A stretch of 64,000 nucleotides of DNA from an uncultured Candidatus Saccharibacteria bacterium (GCA_964405015.1 CAYOME010000002.1:68174-132173); one strand, 5' to 3'. Shown: positions 38,260 through 48,441, numbered from the stretch's first letter. Numbers and translations: made by a program. Notes: generated from the letters alone by a model not told the origin.

Positions 38260-38322
38260 GGTAGACCCTAGTCTACTGGAATGCTGTCGTGTAGGGCTAT
38301 TTCTAGTGACCTGGGTACATGT
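38260..38322 (+). repeat. Conserved intergenic element, copy D
   Basis: GGTAGACCCTAGTCTAC-(31 nt)-GTGACCTGGGTACATG between the DEAD-box helicase and the secreted-protein gene. Confidence 0.6.
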
Positions 38323-38417
38323 GGAATGTTGAAAGTAATAGAAAATACCCTTAAAAAGTCTTGTAAACTATTTAAGGGTACTTCTCGTGGTTTAATATAA
38401 TCCGTAATTGCTTCCGT

Positions 38418-39644
38418 TTAAATAAACGTTAAAGCATATCCTTTTTTACCAGCTCTTCCAGTTCTACCAATTCTATGAATGTAATCATCATAGTTTTCTG
38501 GAATATCATAATTAATGACATGTGTAATATTGTTTACATCCAAACCTCTAGATGCAACATCTGTAGCAATTAATATATTAATCTGATCCTTTTTAAAAGC
38601 ATCAATGATTCTAGATCTTTGAGCCTGTCTTTTGTCACCATGTAAGGCATTAACCCTTACACCATTGTCATACAATTTCTTAGAAAGAGTTTCTGCTTCT
38701 CTCTTAGTTCTTGTAAATATTAACACCTTCTTGAAGTCATCTTTCTTAATATATTCAGAAAGAACTCCAAATTTGTTTTCACCTTCTTTTAATCTGATAA
38801 CATCTTGGTCAACATTCTTACCAGGGGCCTGTTTTTCAACTTCAATTCTTACAGGATTTTTTAGCAATGAATTCGCAATCTCTTCAGATTTCCTGTTCAT
38901 TGTTGCTGAGAAGAAAAGGGACTGTCTATCTTCGTTTAATCTAGAAGTTATATACCTTATATCGTCAATGAATCCCATATCTAACATTCTATCTACTTCA
39001 TCTAATATGACATTGTTTATATCCTTAAGGTATATAGCTCCACGATCTGAAATGTCTTTTAATCTGCCAGGGGTCGCTATTACAAATGAAGGGTCTCTTC
39101 TAAGTATTCCAATCTGTGCACCAATACTGTTACCACCTATTACTAATACAGATCTAAGACCTGTATTCCTAGCTAATTGCATAAATTCATCTTGAATTTG
39201 CATAGCTAATTCTCTAGTAGGTACTACAATCAAGAATCTTTGAGATCTATCCTGTACACCCTTGTTAATCATTGGAATTAAGAAAGCTGCAGTTTTACCT
39301 GAGCCTGTACTTGCCATTCCTAGAATATCTCTACCCTCTAAGATCTTTGGAATTGCTTCGTATTGAATCTTAGTTGGACTAGTATACTTTTTGAAAGTAA
39401 TATTCTTTTTAAGCTCTTTTACCAAATCAAACTCTAAGAGATTATGATCTAATACATAGATACTTGGAAGATCTTCGTATACAGCTTTTGCTATTAACTG
39501 ATTAACATTGATCTTACTACCTCTCCTATTATATCCACCACCTCTTCTGCTATTGCTATATGAGGAGCTTCTATATGAAGGTCTTCTTCTATTTCTATTG
39601 TAACGGTCATTTTGACCGTAATTATTTCTGGAATTGTTTTCCAT
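38418..39644 (-). CDS. DEAD-box ATP-dependent RNA helicase with an N-terminal R/S/N/G-rich tail
   Basis: Q-motif region, AxTGSGKTAAF (motif I), VLDEVDRMLDMGF (DEVD, motif II), SAT, HRIGRTGRAG (motif VI). N-terminal NRNRRRPSYRSSSYSNSRRGGGYNRRG. Confidence 0.85.
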   Translation of the reverse strand: MENNSRNNYGQNDRYNRNRRRPSYRSSSYSNSRRGGGYNRRGSKINVNQLIAKAVYEDLPSIYVLDHNLLEFDLVKELKKNITFKKYTSPTKIQYEAIPKILEGRDILGMASTGSGKTAAFLIPMINKGVQDRSQRFLIVVPTRELAMQIQDEFMQLARNTGLRSVLVIGGNSIGAQIGILRRDPSFVIATPGRLKDISDRGAIYLKDINNVILDEVDRMLDMGFIDDIRYITSRLNEDRQSLFFSATMNRKSEEIANSLLKNPVRIEVEKQAPGKNVDQDVIRLKEGENKFGVLSEYIKKDDFKKVLIFTRTKREAETLSKKLYDNGVRVNALHGDKRQAQRSRIIDAFKKDQINILIATDVASRGLDVNNITHVINYDIPENYDDYIHRIGRTGRAGKKGYALTFI

Positions 39645-39781
39645 ATAAGTAAATATTTAATTTTATTTTCAGTTCATATAGAGGTAACCGAAAATAAAAA
39701 TATTTAACCTTATGGATTGGGGCGATTATTTCGTTTAAATCTACATCAAACAAGAAGCTATTATATCACAAGATTATATTT

Positions 39782-40165
39782 TTAGCTAATTGTGCCATTC
39801 TCATCACCTTCATTATCTTCCAAATCTCCAAATTCTTTGACTACTTGATCCAGAATCGTTTCTATTCTCTCTTCTTGAGTTAGAATCTGATCTTTAGTAT
39901 CTTCTTGAAGTTGGAGGTATCTTTCTGCTTGAGCCTTTAGGGTCTCAACTGGTACACCACAGCTTTTAGCGTTTTGCTCTAAAGCAAGATCTCTATCTTC
40001 TTCTTTGGTTATACCCTTTTTATACAATTCAAGTACCCTCGCAACAACAGCAATCATGTTCCTTCTTTGTTCAGTTTGATTCCTTCTTCCAACATGTAGC
40101 CCTGGCTTATCTTCGTTAGGTGTCCAGTCCTGTCTATTTTCTCCATCTGCTATATAAAATGGCAT
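39782..40165 (-). CDS. Hypothetical acidic protein (127 aa)
   Basis: ORF only. Confidence 0.3.
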   Translation of the reverse strand: MPFYIADGENRQDWTPNEDKPGLHVGRRNQTEQRRNMIAVVARVLELYKKGITKEEDRDLALEQNAKSCGVPVETLKAQAERYLQLQEDTKDQILTQEERIETILDQVVKEFGDLEDNEGDENGTIS

Positions 40166-40281
40166 ATTTGTTCTTTCACTTACTTTAATAAAATATATTC
40201 TACCAGTTATTCCCTAAGAATTTGTATCTTTAATAATATGCAGTGTAATATATACAGACTTAAATCGATAGAAGTAAACAT

Positions 40282-41262
40282 ATGAAGCTAATAACTGGGG
40301 CTACAGGAAGAATAGGGTATGTATTAGTAATGGAATTAAATACCAGAAAAGAAAAAGTAAAAGTATTAGTAAGAGAAGGATCGAGTAGAGAATCTTTAAA
40401 AAACTTCAATTGTGAATATGTACAGGGAGATATATTAGACACATCAAAATGGGAAGATTCATTAGAGAATGTCGACACGATATTTCATTTGGCAGGTAAC
40501 ATTAATATTTCAAGTAAGGGAGCTGACCTTACAATGGATACTAATGTACAAGGTACTAAAAACATTGTAGATATATGTCTCAAAAAAGGTATAACCCTGG
40601 TATATACATCCTCCATACATGCTCTTTCTGCACCTGCTGATGGATCATTAATTGATGAAAATACTCCATTCTGTTTAGATACTAATGAAAGAAGGGGTTC
40701 ATATGATTGTTCTAAAGCTATGGCTACAAAGTATGTACTTGAAGCTATGAAGAAGGGTTTGAAAGCTATTATCGTGCATCCAACAGGTGTAATAGGTCCA
40801 TATGATATTAGACCATCTTTCTTTGGACAGGGAATAGTTCAATTAGTTAACTCTGATATTAAACTAAGCATAGGTGGTAAGTATGACTATGTTGATGTCA
40901 GAGATGTTGTAAATGGTATGTTGACTGCTTTAGAAAAAGAGAAGTTTGGAGAAAGATATATCCTTTCAGGAGAGGTTCTAACTATGTCAGACTATGCAAA
41001 ATATTTAAGAGAATTTTCAGGTATAAAAGGTAATACTACAATTTTAGGATATGGTATTAGTATGCTGTTAGCATATATATCAACAATTGCTCAGAAAGAA
41101 TCACAGATTACTCCATATAGTGTTAAAACATTGTATAGTAATTGTAATATATCTCATCAAAAAGCAACTGAAGAGTTAGGATATGCACCTAGATCTGTAA
41201 AAGAGTCTCTTCGTGATCAATATGAGTGGTTTAAACTAAATGGATATTTTAATGCAAAGTAG
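40282..41262 (+). CDS. NAD-dependent epimerase/dehydratase (extended SDR family)
   Basis: ITGATGRIG Rossmann motif, catalytic YDCSK (YxxxK). ~326 aa. Confidence 0.65.
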   Translation: MKLITGATGRIGYVLVMELNTRKEKVKVLVREGSSRESLKNFNCEYVQGDILDTSKWEDSLENVDTIFHLAGNINISSKGADLTMDTNVQGTKNIVDICLKKGITLVYTSSIHALSAPADGSLIDENTPFCLDTNERRGSYDCSKAMATKYVLEAMKKGLKAIIVHPTGVIGPYDIRPSFFGQGIVQLVNSDIKLSIGGKYDYVDVRDVVNGMLTALEKEKFGERYILSGEVLTMSDYAKYLREFSGIKGNTTILGYGISMLLAYISTIAQKESQITPYSVKTLYSNCNISHQKATEELGYAPRSVKESLRDQYEWFKLNGYFNAK

Positions 41263-41947
41263 AATAGATATTGAAGAAGCTAAAAAGTATGTAAATGAAT
41301 CAAAGGCATTCCTTTTTGATTTTGATGGTACGTTAGCTAATTTGGATCAATTAAATGTTGATGCTTTTAGAAATGTCTTTTTGGAAAAATACTCTTTAGA
41401 GTTTACAAAAGATGACTTTATGAAATATGCATCAGGAAAGGGGACCGAGAATGGTATTAAGTCTTTCCTAGAATCGCATGGTATTAATGAATACCCAATT
41501 CAAGAGCTTAAGGAGATGTACAATATAGGTAAGAAAGAGATGTTGGAAAAAAGATTGGAGGAAGAGATCTATTTAATCCCAGGTATAGGGGAATTCTTGG
41601 ATCATTTTAAGGGTAGTGGGAAGAGAAATATCATTGTAACATCATCAAGGAAAAGACATGTAGAGAATATTCTTACGCATTTTGGAATATATGATCATTT
41701 TGAAGAGGTGTTTGATAGGTATTCTGTAGTAAGGGGTAAGCCTGATCCACAGCCTTTTGAGAGAGGTTTGGAATATCTAGGTTTAGATGCTTCTGATTGT
41801 GTAGCTTTTGAAGATTCTTTCTTTGGCTTACAATCTTCTAAAGGTGCGGGTTTGTTTACTGTCGGTATATTAAATGATGGTTGGAATAATGATTTTGTTT
41901 ATGAACTTTCAGATACTGTTGTTAAAGGGTATGCTGATTTACTTTAG
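41240..41947 (+). CDS. HAD-superfamily hydrolase (beta-phosphoglucomutase-like subfamily IA)
   Basis: AFLFDFDGTLANLD (DxDGT motif I), ...VTSS.. motif II, and the C-terminal FEDS..G region. Confidence 0.6.
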   Translation: MDILMQSRIDIEEAKKYVNESKAFLFDFDGTLANLDQLNVDAFRNVFLEKYSLEFTKDDFMKYASGKGTENGIKSFLESHGINEYPIQELKEMYNIGKKEMLEKRLEEEIYLIPGIGEFLDHFKGSGKRNIIVTSSRKRHVENILTHFGIYDHFEEVFDRYSVVRGKPDPQPFERGLEYLGLDASDCVAFEDSFFGLQSSKGAGLFTVGILNDGWNNDFVYELSDTVVKGYADLL

Positions 41948-41963
41948 TTTAATGTAAAAAGAT

Positions 41964-42593
41964 ATGGATAGGTTTGAGGCATTAAGAAAGGCTCAAGAGG
42001 GTACCTTAGAGAAGACTCCTTTTACACCTGAAGAGCAGTTAGAGCATGTCTCTAAGAGGGAGGAAGAAGATCTTTCGATGAGTGTTGAAGAGAAGAGGGC
42101 CAAGATTTTAAATATGATTCTTTTGATTTTAGTATTTGTTTTAATTGGTTTGTTTGTATATCTTTTCTTTACTGATCGGTTGTTGATAGGGATCGAAAAT
42201 CCCCTTTCTAAAAAAGAAGAAGTTGTAGTAACTCAGGAAAAGGAAGAGGTCTTAGCTGAGGAAGAAAGTTTAAAATTGTACAAGAATTCTAGAGAGGTTT
42301 TTGATTCTAATGGTAATGTTGTAGGTAATAAGGAGCTTTCTTTGAAAATATTTCCAGATTCTTTGAAATATGAGATGGAGATATTAGATTCGAAAGGTAG
42401 TGTTATAGTGGTTAAGGGTTTGTACGTAGAAGAGGGTAGTAAGATATTACTTTCTTTGGATGAGGGTGTATTAAATATGCAAGGTAGTTTAGAATTTTCA
42501 GTTTCTTCAGAGGATGGTACAGTTTTAGAATATACTGGTAGTGATTTCGGAGATACTTTACCTAAGGCAGGTGATAGGTATCTGTTGTATTAA
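41964..42593 (+). CDS. Hypothetical single-pass membrane protein
   Basis: ORF with a central TM ILNMILLILVFVLIGLFVYLFF. Confidence 0.3.
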   Translation: MDRFEALRKAQEGTLEKTPFTPEEQLEHVSKREEEDLSMSVEEKRAKILNMILLILVFVLIGLFVYLFFTDRLLIGIENPLSKKEEVVVTQEKEEVLAEEESLKLYKNSREVFDSNGNVVGNKELSLKIFPDSLKYEMEILDSKGSVIVVKGLYVEEGSKILLSLDEGVLNMQGSLEFSVSSEDGTVLEYTGSDFGDTLPKAGDRYLLY

Positions 42594-42615
42594 TTAGTAT
42601 ATTTGTTTTTATATC

Positions 42616-43047
42616 CTACTTTTTTAATATCCTGGTAGATATGTAATATGATATTGAGGATATTGAAGCCCCTAAGAAAGTACCCCAAATCATGTCAATA
42701 AGAGTAATAATAAAAGGCCAATCTTTTAATGTTGCTAGGTTAGTTAAATCATATGTAGCATATGAAAGAAGACCTAAAAGACCACCATACATGGTTGCTT
42801 TCTTTATTGATTTTTCTTTAATAGCAGGTTTAATAGCAAAGAAAACTAATCCAAATACAAAAAGTAGATAAAAAACTATTGCGGGTAACCATTTAATATC
42901 ATCACTCATAAAGGATGATAGCTGTTTAGCATAGAAATCTTTTGATATTAAACCTAACCAAACCATATCAATAGCAAAAAAGATTGGTAGAGTTATTAGA
43001 TATATTTTAAGAAACATATTAACCAAGTAACATCTTAAATAGCTCAT
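42616..43047 (-). CDS. Hypothetical integral membrane protein (143 aa; start may be M11 at 43017)
   Basis: Four hydrophobic helices. Directly follows a 59-aa membrane ORF. Confidence 0.35.
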   Translation of the reverse strand: MSYLRCYLVNMFLKIYLITLPIFFAIDMVWLGLISKDFYAKQLSSFMSDDIKWLPAIVFYLLFVFGLVFFAIKPAIKEKSIKKATMYGGLLGLLSYATYDLTNLATLKDWPFIITLIDMIWGTFLGASISSISYYISTRILKK

Positions 43048-43198
43048 ATACTAAATATGCTGGCCATACCATTGCTTTAAGTACACCGAGAGCACCCATC
43101 CAGAAAGATGTAGCTGTAGATATAAAATAGATTAATGCTCCTATTAATCCTAATCCATATACTGCATTACTCGATGCTCCATTGTATCCTTTTGACAT
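43019..43198 (-). CDS. Unlisted small membrane protein (59 aa)
   Basis: ATG...MSKGYNGASSNAVYGLGLIGALIYFISTATSFWMGALGVLKAMVWPAYLVYELFKMLLG*. Two hydrophobic helices. The stop is 2 nt before the M11 ATG of the next gene. Not in the provided track (<60 aa). Confidence 0.3.
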   Translation of the reverse strand: MSKGYNGASSNAVYGLGLIGALIYFISTATSFWMGALGVLKAMVWPAYLVYELFKMLLG

Positions 43199-43294
43199 TG
43201 TTAAATATTTTTAACTTATATATTTTAGTTTATCACTTTAAAGAAATATTGGTTAGTTTACAGACATCTATTAATATGGGAATATATTTTAATT

Positions 43295-43954
43295 ATGTTT
43301 ACCTTTATAAAAAGAGTTTTAGAGATATTGGGGCAACAATACATATTCAATGTTATATTTAACACTATTAAATTACCCTCTGCGATATTACTAATTATTG
43401 CAAATCTAATCCCTTTATTAGGTTTCCTTTTCTTGGGTTGGAATCAGTATGATATTTTAATATTGTATTGGGTGGAAAGTGTTGTAATTGGAATATACAA
43501 TTTCTTAAGAATACGTAAAGCTAAGGGGGAAGAGGAGATACCTGATAAAGTGAATAGGAGGTATTCAGTTAGTGAGGCATCTTTCTTTTTCTTCTTACAC
43601 TATGGAATCTTTATTTCTGGTCACGGATTCGCTTTAATGCAACTTGGAGCAGAGAAATCATCATTCTTTCAAGATAGGGATATTCTCGGAATATTAGCAT
43701 TCTTTGTAGCGTTAATGATTAGCCATGGTTTCTCATATTACTTTAACTATATTGGAAAAGGAGAATATTTATACAGATCGCCAGAGCGTCAAATGATTGC
43801 ACCTTATGGGAGAGTAGCTTTAATGCAAATTACCGTTGTAATAGGGGCGTTGTTATTTAAAGTATTGCCTTCTGGTACTTTCCTCCTTTTTATCTTTTTA
43901 AAGATATTTTTTGATTTGTTATTTCATGTGAGAGTTCATACACAAGAGAGTTAA
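43295..43954 (+). CDS. Hypothetical polytopic membrane protein
   Basis: 219 aa, ~6 TM segments. Confidence 0.35.
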   Translation: MFTFIKRVLEILGQQYIFNVIFNTIKLPSAILLIIANLIPLLGFLFLGWNQYDILILYWVESVVIGIYNFLRIRKAKGEEEIPDKVNRRYSVSEASFFFFLHYGIFISGHGFALMQLGAEKSSFFQDRDILGILAFFVALMISHGFSYYFNYIGKGEYLYRSPERQMIAPYGRVALMQITVVIGALLFKVLPSGTFLLFIFLKIFFDLLFHVRVHTQES

Positions 43955-44020
43955 TATTGTGCTTGTAAACTCTATCTTTTTTTTATATCCTTTACTAATT
44001 ACTATATATATCTAACTAAT

Positions 44021-45040
44021 ATGGAGAAACAAAGTATTGTATTAACGGGTATTAAACCAACAGGAGAACCACATATAGGGAATGCTGTTGGAGCTATATT
44101 TCCTGCAATAGAGAAAGTAAAGGAAATAGATGGTAGGTCATACTTCTTTCTTGCTGATTTACATGCACTAAATCAATTAAAGGATCCAGAATTACTTAAG
44201 ACATATACAAGAAGTGTAATAGCTTCATGGTTAACATGTGGTATTGATACACTACCAAATTCTTTCTTTTATAGACAGTCAGATATTCCATATGTAAGTG
44301 AAATGATGGTATTGCTCAATGGTATAACTCCAAAGAGTGAAATGAACTATGCTCATGCTTACAAAGCTATGACTCAGGAGAATGTTTCTAAGGGTTTAAG
44401 TCCAGAGAGTAATGTTAATATGGGTTTGTACTGTTACCCTATCCTAATGGCTGCTGATATCTTAATTATGGATACTAATGTCGTTCCGGTTGGTTCTGAT
44501 CAGATTCAACATATTGAAATTGCAAAAGTAATTGCCAAGAAGTTTAATTCAACCTATGGGAATGTATTAACTGTTCCTGAATATTCTGTACTTGAGGATG
44601 TTGCTAATATTCCTGGTATTGATGGTAGGAAGATGTCTAAATCTTACAACAATCAAATCCCTATGTTTGCTACAAAAGAACAATGGGAATCAATTATTAA
44701 AAAAATACCAACAGATTCTACACCATTAGGTGAGGGTATTAAGGGTGTAGAGGATACTACCATATTTAAAATATTCTCATCTATTGGTACTTCTGATGAA
44801 TCTGTGGAATTTAAGAAATCTCTTGAGAGTGGTGATATGGGATGGAGAGATGCTAAGGTATCGCTTTTAGATCTTTTAGAAAAAAGATTTGGGTCTTTAA
44901 GAGAGAAGTATGAATATTGGTTACATGCAGACAAAGAGGTAAATGAGATATTAGAAAAGGGTAAGGAAGAGGTATTACCTAAAGCTTTGCTAAAGGTATC
45001 TTCTCTTAAAGAGGTTATGGGTATTTCTCAGAGGGTTTAA
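44021..45040 (+). CDS. trpS: Tryptophan--tRNA ligase
   Basis: LTGIKPTGEPHIGN (HIGH-type), KMSKS near residue 205, ~339 aa, the class-Ic TrpRS size. Confidence 0.8.
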   Translation: MEKQSIVLTGIKPTGEPHIGNAVGAIFPAIEKVKEIDGRSYFFLADLHALNQLKDPELLKTYTRSVIASWLTCGIDTLPNSFFYRQSDIPYVSEMMVLLNGITPKSEMNYAHAYKAMTQENVSKGLSPESNVNMGLYCYPILMAADILIMDTNVVPVGSDQIQHIEIAKVIAKKFNSTYGNVLTVPEYSVLEDVANIPGIDGRKMSKSYNNQIPMFATKEQWESIIKKIPTDSTPLGEGIKGVEDTTIFKIFSSIGTSDESVEFKKSLESGDMGWRDAKVSLLDLLEKRFGSLREKYEYWLHADKEVNEILEKGKEEVLPKALLKVSSLKEVMGISQRV

Positions 45041-45079
45041 CTAAGAAGATATTTTTTCTTAATTTTATATATCCATACC

Positions 45080-45853
45080 ATGGATTACATCTCCAAATAT
45101 TACAGCAATGTATATGTCGAAGAGGGTCGGCTTTTTAAAGACAAAAAGCATATGACTGAATATATTCTTACTGTTGAATATATAAATAGATATATAAAGA
45201 GTGGAATGAAGATATTAGAAATAGGGGCAGGAACTGGTGCATATTCTCTTTCATATGCAAAGCAGGGGTATGAAGTTCATGCTTTGGAATATGTTAAAGA
45301 GAACTTAGATGTTTTAAAATCGAAGATAGAATCTAGTATGGATATTCATCCAGTATTAGGTGATGCTAGAGATCTTTCAATGTATGACGATGATACCTTT
45401 GATATGACTCTTTGCTTAGGCCCACTATATCATCTTGATGAAGAGGGACGAAAGAAATGTATAGATGAATGTTTTAGAGTAACTAAAAAGGGTGGTTTGA
45501 TATATATGGCATATATTTCTAACAATTTTACATTTGTTAAATGTGTTAAGAAATTTGATAAATATTTATTAAATGAAGATAAAGAGATAGGGGAGGATTT
45601 TGAATTAAAGGATAGTATGAATGTATTTACATTTATGTACCCAGAAGAGATGGAGGTATTGATTAAGGAGAAGGGTTTAGAAAAGGTTCATCATTTAACA
45701 ACGGATGGTATTACTAGTTTAATAGGGGAGAGAGTTAATTCTTTCTCAGATGAAGAGTTTGCAATTTGGATTGAGTATTTGAAATCTACGGCAGAAAAAG
45801 ATGATCAACTAGGATATGGAGAACATCTTTTGTATATTGCGAAGAAGAAATAG
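45080..45853 (+). CDS. Class I SAM-dependent methyltransferase
   Basis: ILEIGAGTGAYSL (motif I GxGxG) and an acidic residue at the end of beta-2 (ALEYV). Confidence 0.6.
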   Translation: MDYISKYYSNVYVEEGRLFKDKKHMTEYILTVEYINRYIKSGMKILEIGAGTGAYSLSYAKQGYEVHALEYVKENLDVLKSKIESSMDIHPVLGDARDLSMYDDDTFDMTLCLGPLYHLDEEGRKKCIDECFRVTKKGGLIYMAYISNNFTFVKCVKKFDKYLLNEDKEIGEDFELKDSMNVFTFMYPEEMEVLIKEKGLEKVHHLTTDGITSLIGERVNSFSDEEFAIWIEYLKSTAEKDDQLGYGEHLLYIAKKK

Positions 45854-45955
45854 CCACCAACGCAACCTCAAGTTTACATAATACAACTGTAAGTTGGTGG
45901 TTGCTACTTGCATTATGATAATATAATCGGACAATAAATTTAATATATTGTTCAG

Positions 45956-47314
45956 ATGAGTTTTCGTAAAAATATAGAATACCTTAGAAAAGGTAATAAT
46001 CTATCACAAGAAGATCTAGCATTTAAATTAGGAGTATCTAGACAAGCAGTCTCTAAGTGGGAATCAGGTGGTGCATATCCTGAAACAGAAAAGATGATGA
46101 AAATGTGTAGCATATTTAATTGCACATTGGATGATCTCTTAAATTCAGATTTAGAAGAAGAAAGAAAAGAAAAAGAAGGTAGATATACTTTTAGTGATAT
46201 CGTAGAGGAGTTTACGGGCTTGTTAAAGAGAACTTTTTATATGTTTGATCATATGGGTCCTAAATCTCTTTTTAAATTCTTCTTTGAGATGTTTATTCTA
46301 TTTGTACTGATCCTTATACTTCATATTCCATTTAACTATCTTTTTGAATTAGGAAACAATATCTTAATTAATATTGGTGGTACTATATCTCAACTCTTTA
46401 TCTCTTCATGGAAATTTGTGATAGAGATTGTATATATAGTTTCGGCGGTTGTTTTGTTTGTATATATATACAAAGTAAGATTCCTTGATAGGTTTGATAT
46501 TGTAAAGGAGAAAATTGAAAAGAAAGAAGTCTATGAATTTGAAGTAGAGAAGAAAGAAAATATAGAGGTTGTTAGATATGATTTTGGTATATTCTCTTTC
46601 TTTGGTAAGGTTATACTTTTCTTTATAAAATGTTTTACAATATTTGTTTCATTACCAATTGTATTCTTACTTTTTCTTTGCGTAAGTAGTTTTGTAATTG
46701 GTGGGGTATTAATCTTTAGTGGAGTGTCTTTCTTTGGATATCTTGTGGTTATACTTTCTGTAATTGGGTTTACAATTGCATTACTTAATATTCTTTACAA
46801 TTTTATTGTAAACAGGAGAAGTAATTGGAAAAGATTGTTCTATATATTCTTGATATCAATTGTTGGATTAGGATTGGGTACAGGTATTTCAGTATTAGAG
46901 TTTACAAATATGATGATCTCTTTACAGGCACCAGTAAATGTTCAGAAGAAGTATCTTGCAGAGAGTATTGATATGAGAGATGATCTAATTATTCAGAATC
47001 TTCCATATAATTCGGAATATATTATAGACAATACATTGAGTAATACTGTTAAGATTGAAGTAGGATATTACTCTACATTCTCTAATGGAGTAGATATTCA
47101 AGAAGATACTAATACTAGCGATGTATTCATATATTCTGATATTAAGGACTCTGTAAATATGAAAGATTTATACAATATCTTAGTAGGTGATTTAAGATAC
47201 AAGAGGTTATCAGACTATACAAAACTAGGCGAATTATCTGTAAAGATATATTCGAGTGAAGAGAATATTAACAAAATTAAGGAGAATGTGTTGGAAAGGG
47301 TTAATAGCTATTAA
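45956..47314 (+). CDS. XRE-family HTH regulator fused to a multi-TM membrane domain
   Basis: N-terminal LSQEDLAFKLGVSRQAVSKWESGGAYPETEKMMKMCSIFNCTLDDLL (HTH_3). Then ≥5 hydrophobic helices and a C-terminal extracytoplasmic-like domain. Confidence 0.55.
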   Translation: MSFRKNIEYLRKGNNLSQEDLAFKLGVSRQAVSKWESGGAYPETEKMMKMCSIFNCTLDDLLNSDLEEERKEKEGRYTFSDIVEEFTGLLKRTFYMFDHMGPKSLFKFFFEMFILFVLILILHIPFNYLFELGNNILINIGGTISQLFISSWKFVIEIVYIVSAVVLFVYIYKVRFLDRFDIVKEKIEKKEVYEFEVEKKENIEVVRYDFGIFSFFGKVILFFIKCFTIFVSLPIVFLLFLCVSSFVIGGVLIFSGVSFFGYLVVILSVIGFTIALLNILYNFIVNRRSNWKRLFYIFLISIVGLGLGTGISVLEFTNMMISLQAPVNVQKKYLAESIDMRDDLIIQNLPYNSEYIIDNTLSNTVKIEVGYYSTFSNGVDIQEDTNTSDVFIYSDIKDSVNMKDLYNILVGDLRYKRLSDYTKLGELSVKIYSSEENINKIKENVLERVNSY

Positions 47315-47353
47315 AAGATATTTACTAATAGGGGTGGGTAGGTAGTTGAAATA

Positions 47354-48430
47354 CTACTCACTCCTTGATAACTGACCAATCTCGTTCGATAGTGAGGGGT
47401 TATTTTTTGAAAATATTAGTAGTAATTCTTTAATATCTTTGTGTAAAGTGAAGAAAGTTGCGAACCTTTCTTGAAGATCTTTAGAGGTTCTAATTTTTTC
47501 TATATTTTTGCTGATCCAGAAATAAAGTTCAGAAATAAGGATTTTTTCAACATCATTATCACCAACGGATAGGTTTTTATTATCTGGCCAGTTATAAATC
47601 TCATCTATATTGTCCAAGACCTCTTCTATAGAATATTGGGAATTATGGTCATTATTTATTTGTATCATTTTCCAGAGAGGTCCTATATCGAAGTATTCGG
47701 CACTCTCCATATTTCCAGAAAAAGTATTTGCATGAATTGTTCCAGTAGGTATTCCTAGTTGAAGTCTTAAATTATAAACACATTCATCTAGATTTTTATG
47801 ATGAGAATATCTGCCATTCTCCCTAGTTAATGGTGTGTAATTCATTTCTAATAGATGGGAAGATACAATATCTTGAAATTTTTGATGACTCTCTTTTCTG
47901 AGATCATTTAGTTCTGCCTCTGCTTTGTTTAATTCTTGAATATCACTAGGATTAGAAATAATTTCTTCAAGTGATTTTGCTTTATCTTCAATATCATTAA
48001 TCATTTTTAACCCTACATTCTTATATCTGCTATTTGCAAACCCCTCAGGTATTGTATCTCTCCAAAGAAGGATAGAATCTATAGGTATTTTAATATCTCC
48101 ATACCAAAAAGTATCTACATGGGCTAGATTTTGAGGTAAACCATTCAAGTCTACTGTTGATTCTCCTGGCATTATGATTATTAGTTCAGGATTTGACCAT
48201 TCTCCGACCATATGATCATTTACTAGATGATTTATTGCGGTATGATTCGTTATTCTGGGTATCTCCCCATTTGTAGATCTGGCTGCACTCATTAAAATAA
48301 TCTCACCGTTTTCGTTTACTGTAACGCTTCTTATATCTTTTATTGCTTTAACAAATGCTATTTGATCCAGAGAAATAGAAGGGTCTCCTTCTTGCCATGG
48401 TTTATTTGTTTTTTCTTCTTCTAAACTCAT
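47354..48430 (-). CDS. Hypothetical protein (358 aa)
   Basis: ORF only. Tightly packed with the downstream NUDIX and kinase genes. Confidence 0.35.
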   Translation of the reverse strand: MSLEEEKTNKPWQEGDPSISLDQIAFVKAIKDIRSVTVNENGEIILMSAARSTNGEIPRITNHTAINHLVNDHMVGEWSNPELIIIMPGESTVDLNGLPQNLAHVDTFWYGDIKIPIDSILLWRDTIPEGFANSRYKNVGLKMINDIEDKAKSLEEIISNPSDIQELNKAEAELNDLRKESHQKFQDIVSSHLLEMNYTPLTRENGRYSHHKNLDECVYNLRLQLGIPTGTIHANTFSGNMESAEYFDIGPLWKMIQINNDHNSQYSIEEVLDNIDEIYNWPDNKNLSVGDNDVEKILISELYFWISKNIEKIRTSKDLQERFATFFTLHKDIKELLLIFSKNNPSLSNEIGQLSRSE

Positions 48431-48441
48431 ATCTCTTTATA

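Noticed and set aside
43135-43362. 75-aa plus-strand ORF
   Set aside because: Overlaps the 59-aa minus-strand membrane ORF and the promoter region of the 43295 gene. AT-rich low-complexity translation.
45854-45955. CCACCAAC...(31 nt)...GTTGGTGG inverted repeat after the methyltransferase gene
   Set aside because: 8-bp stem with a 31-nt loop and no U-tract. Too weak to call a terminator or regulatory hairpin.
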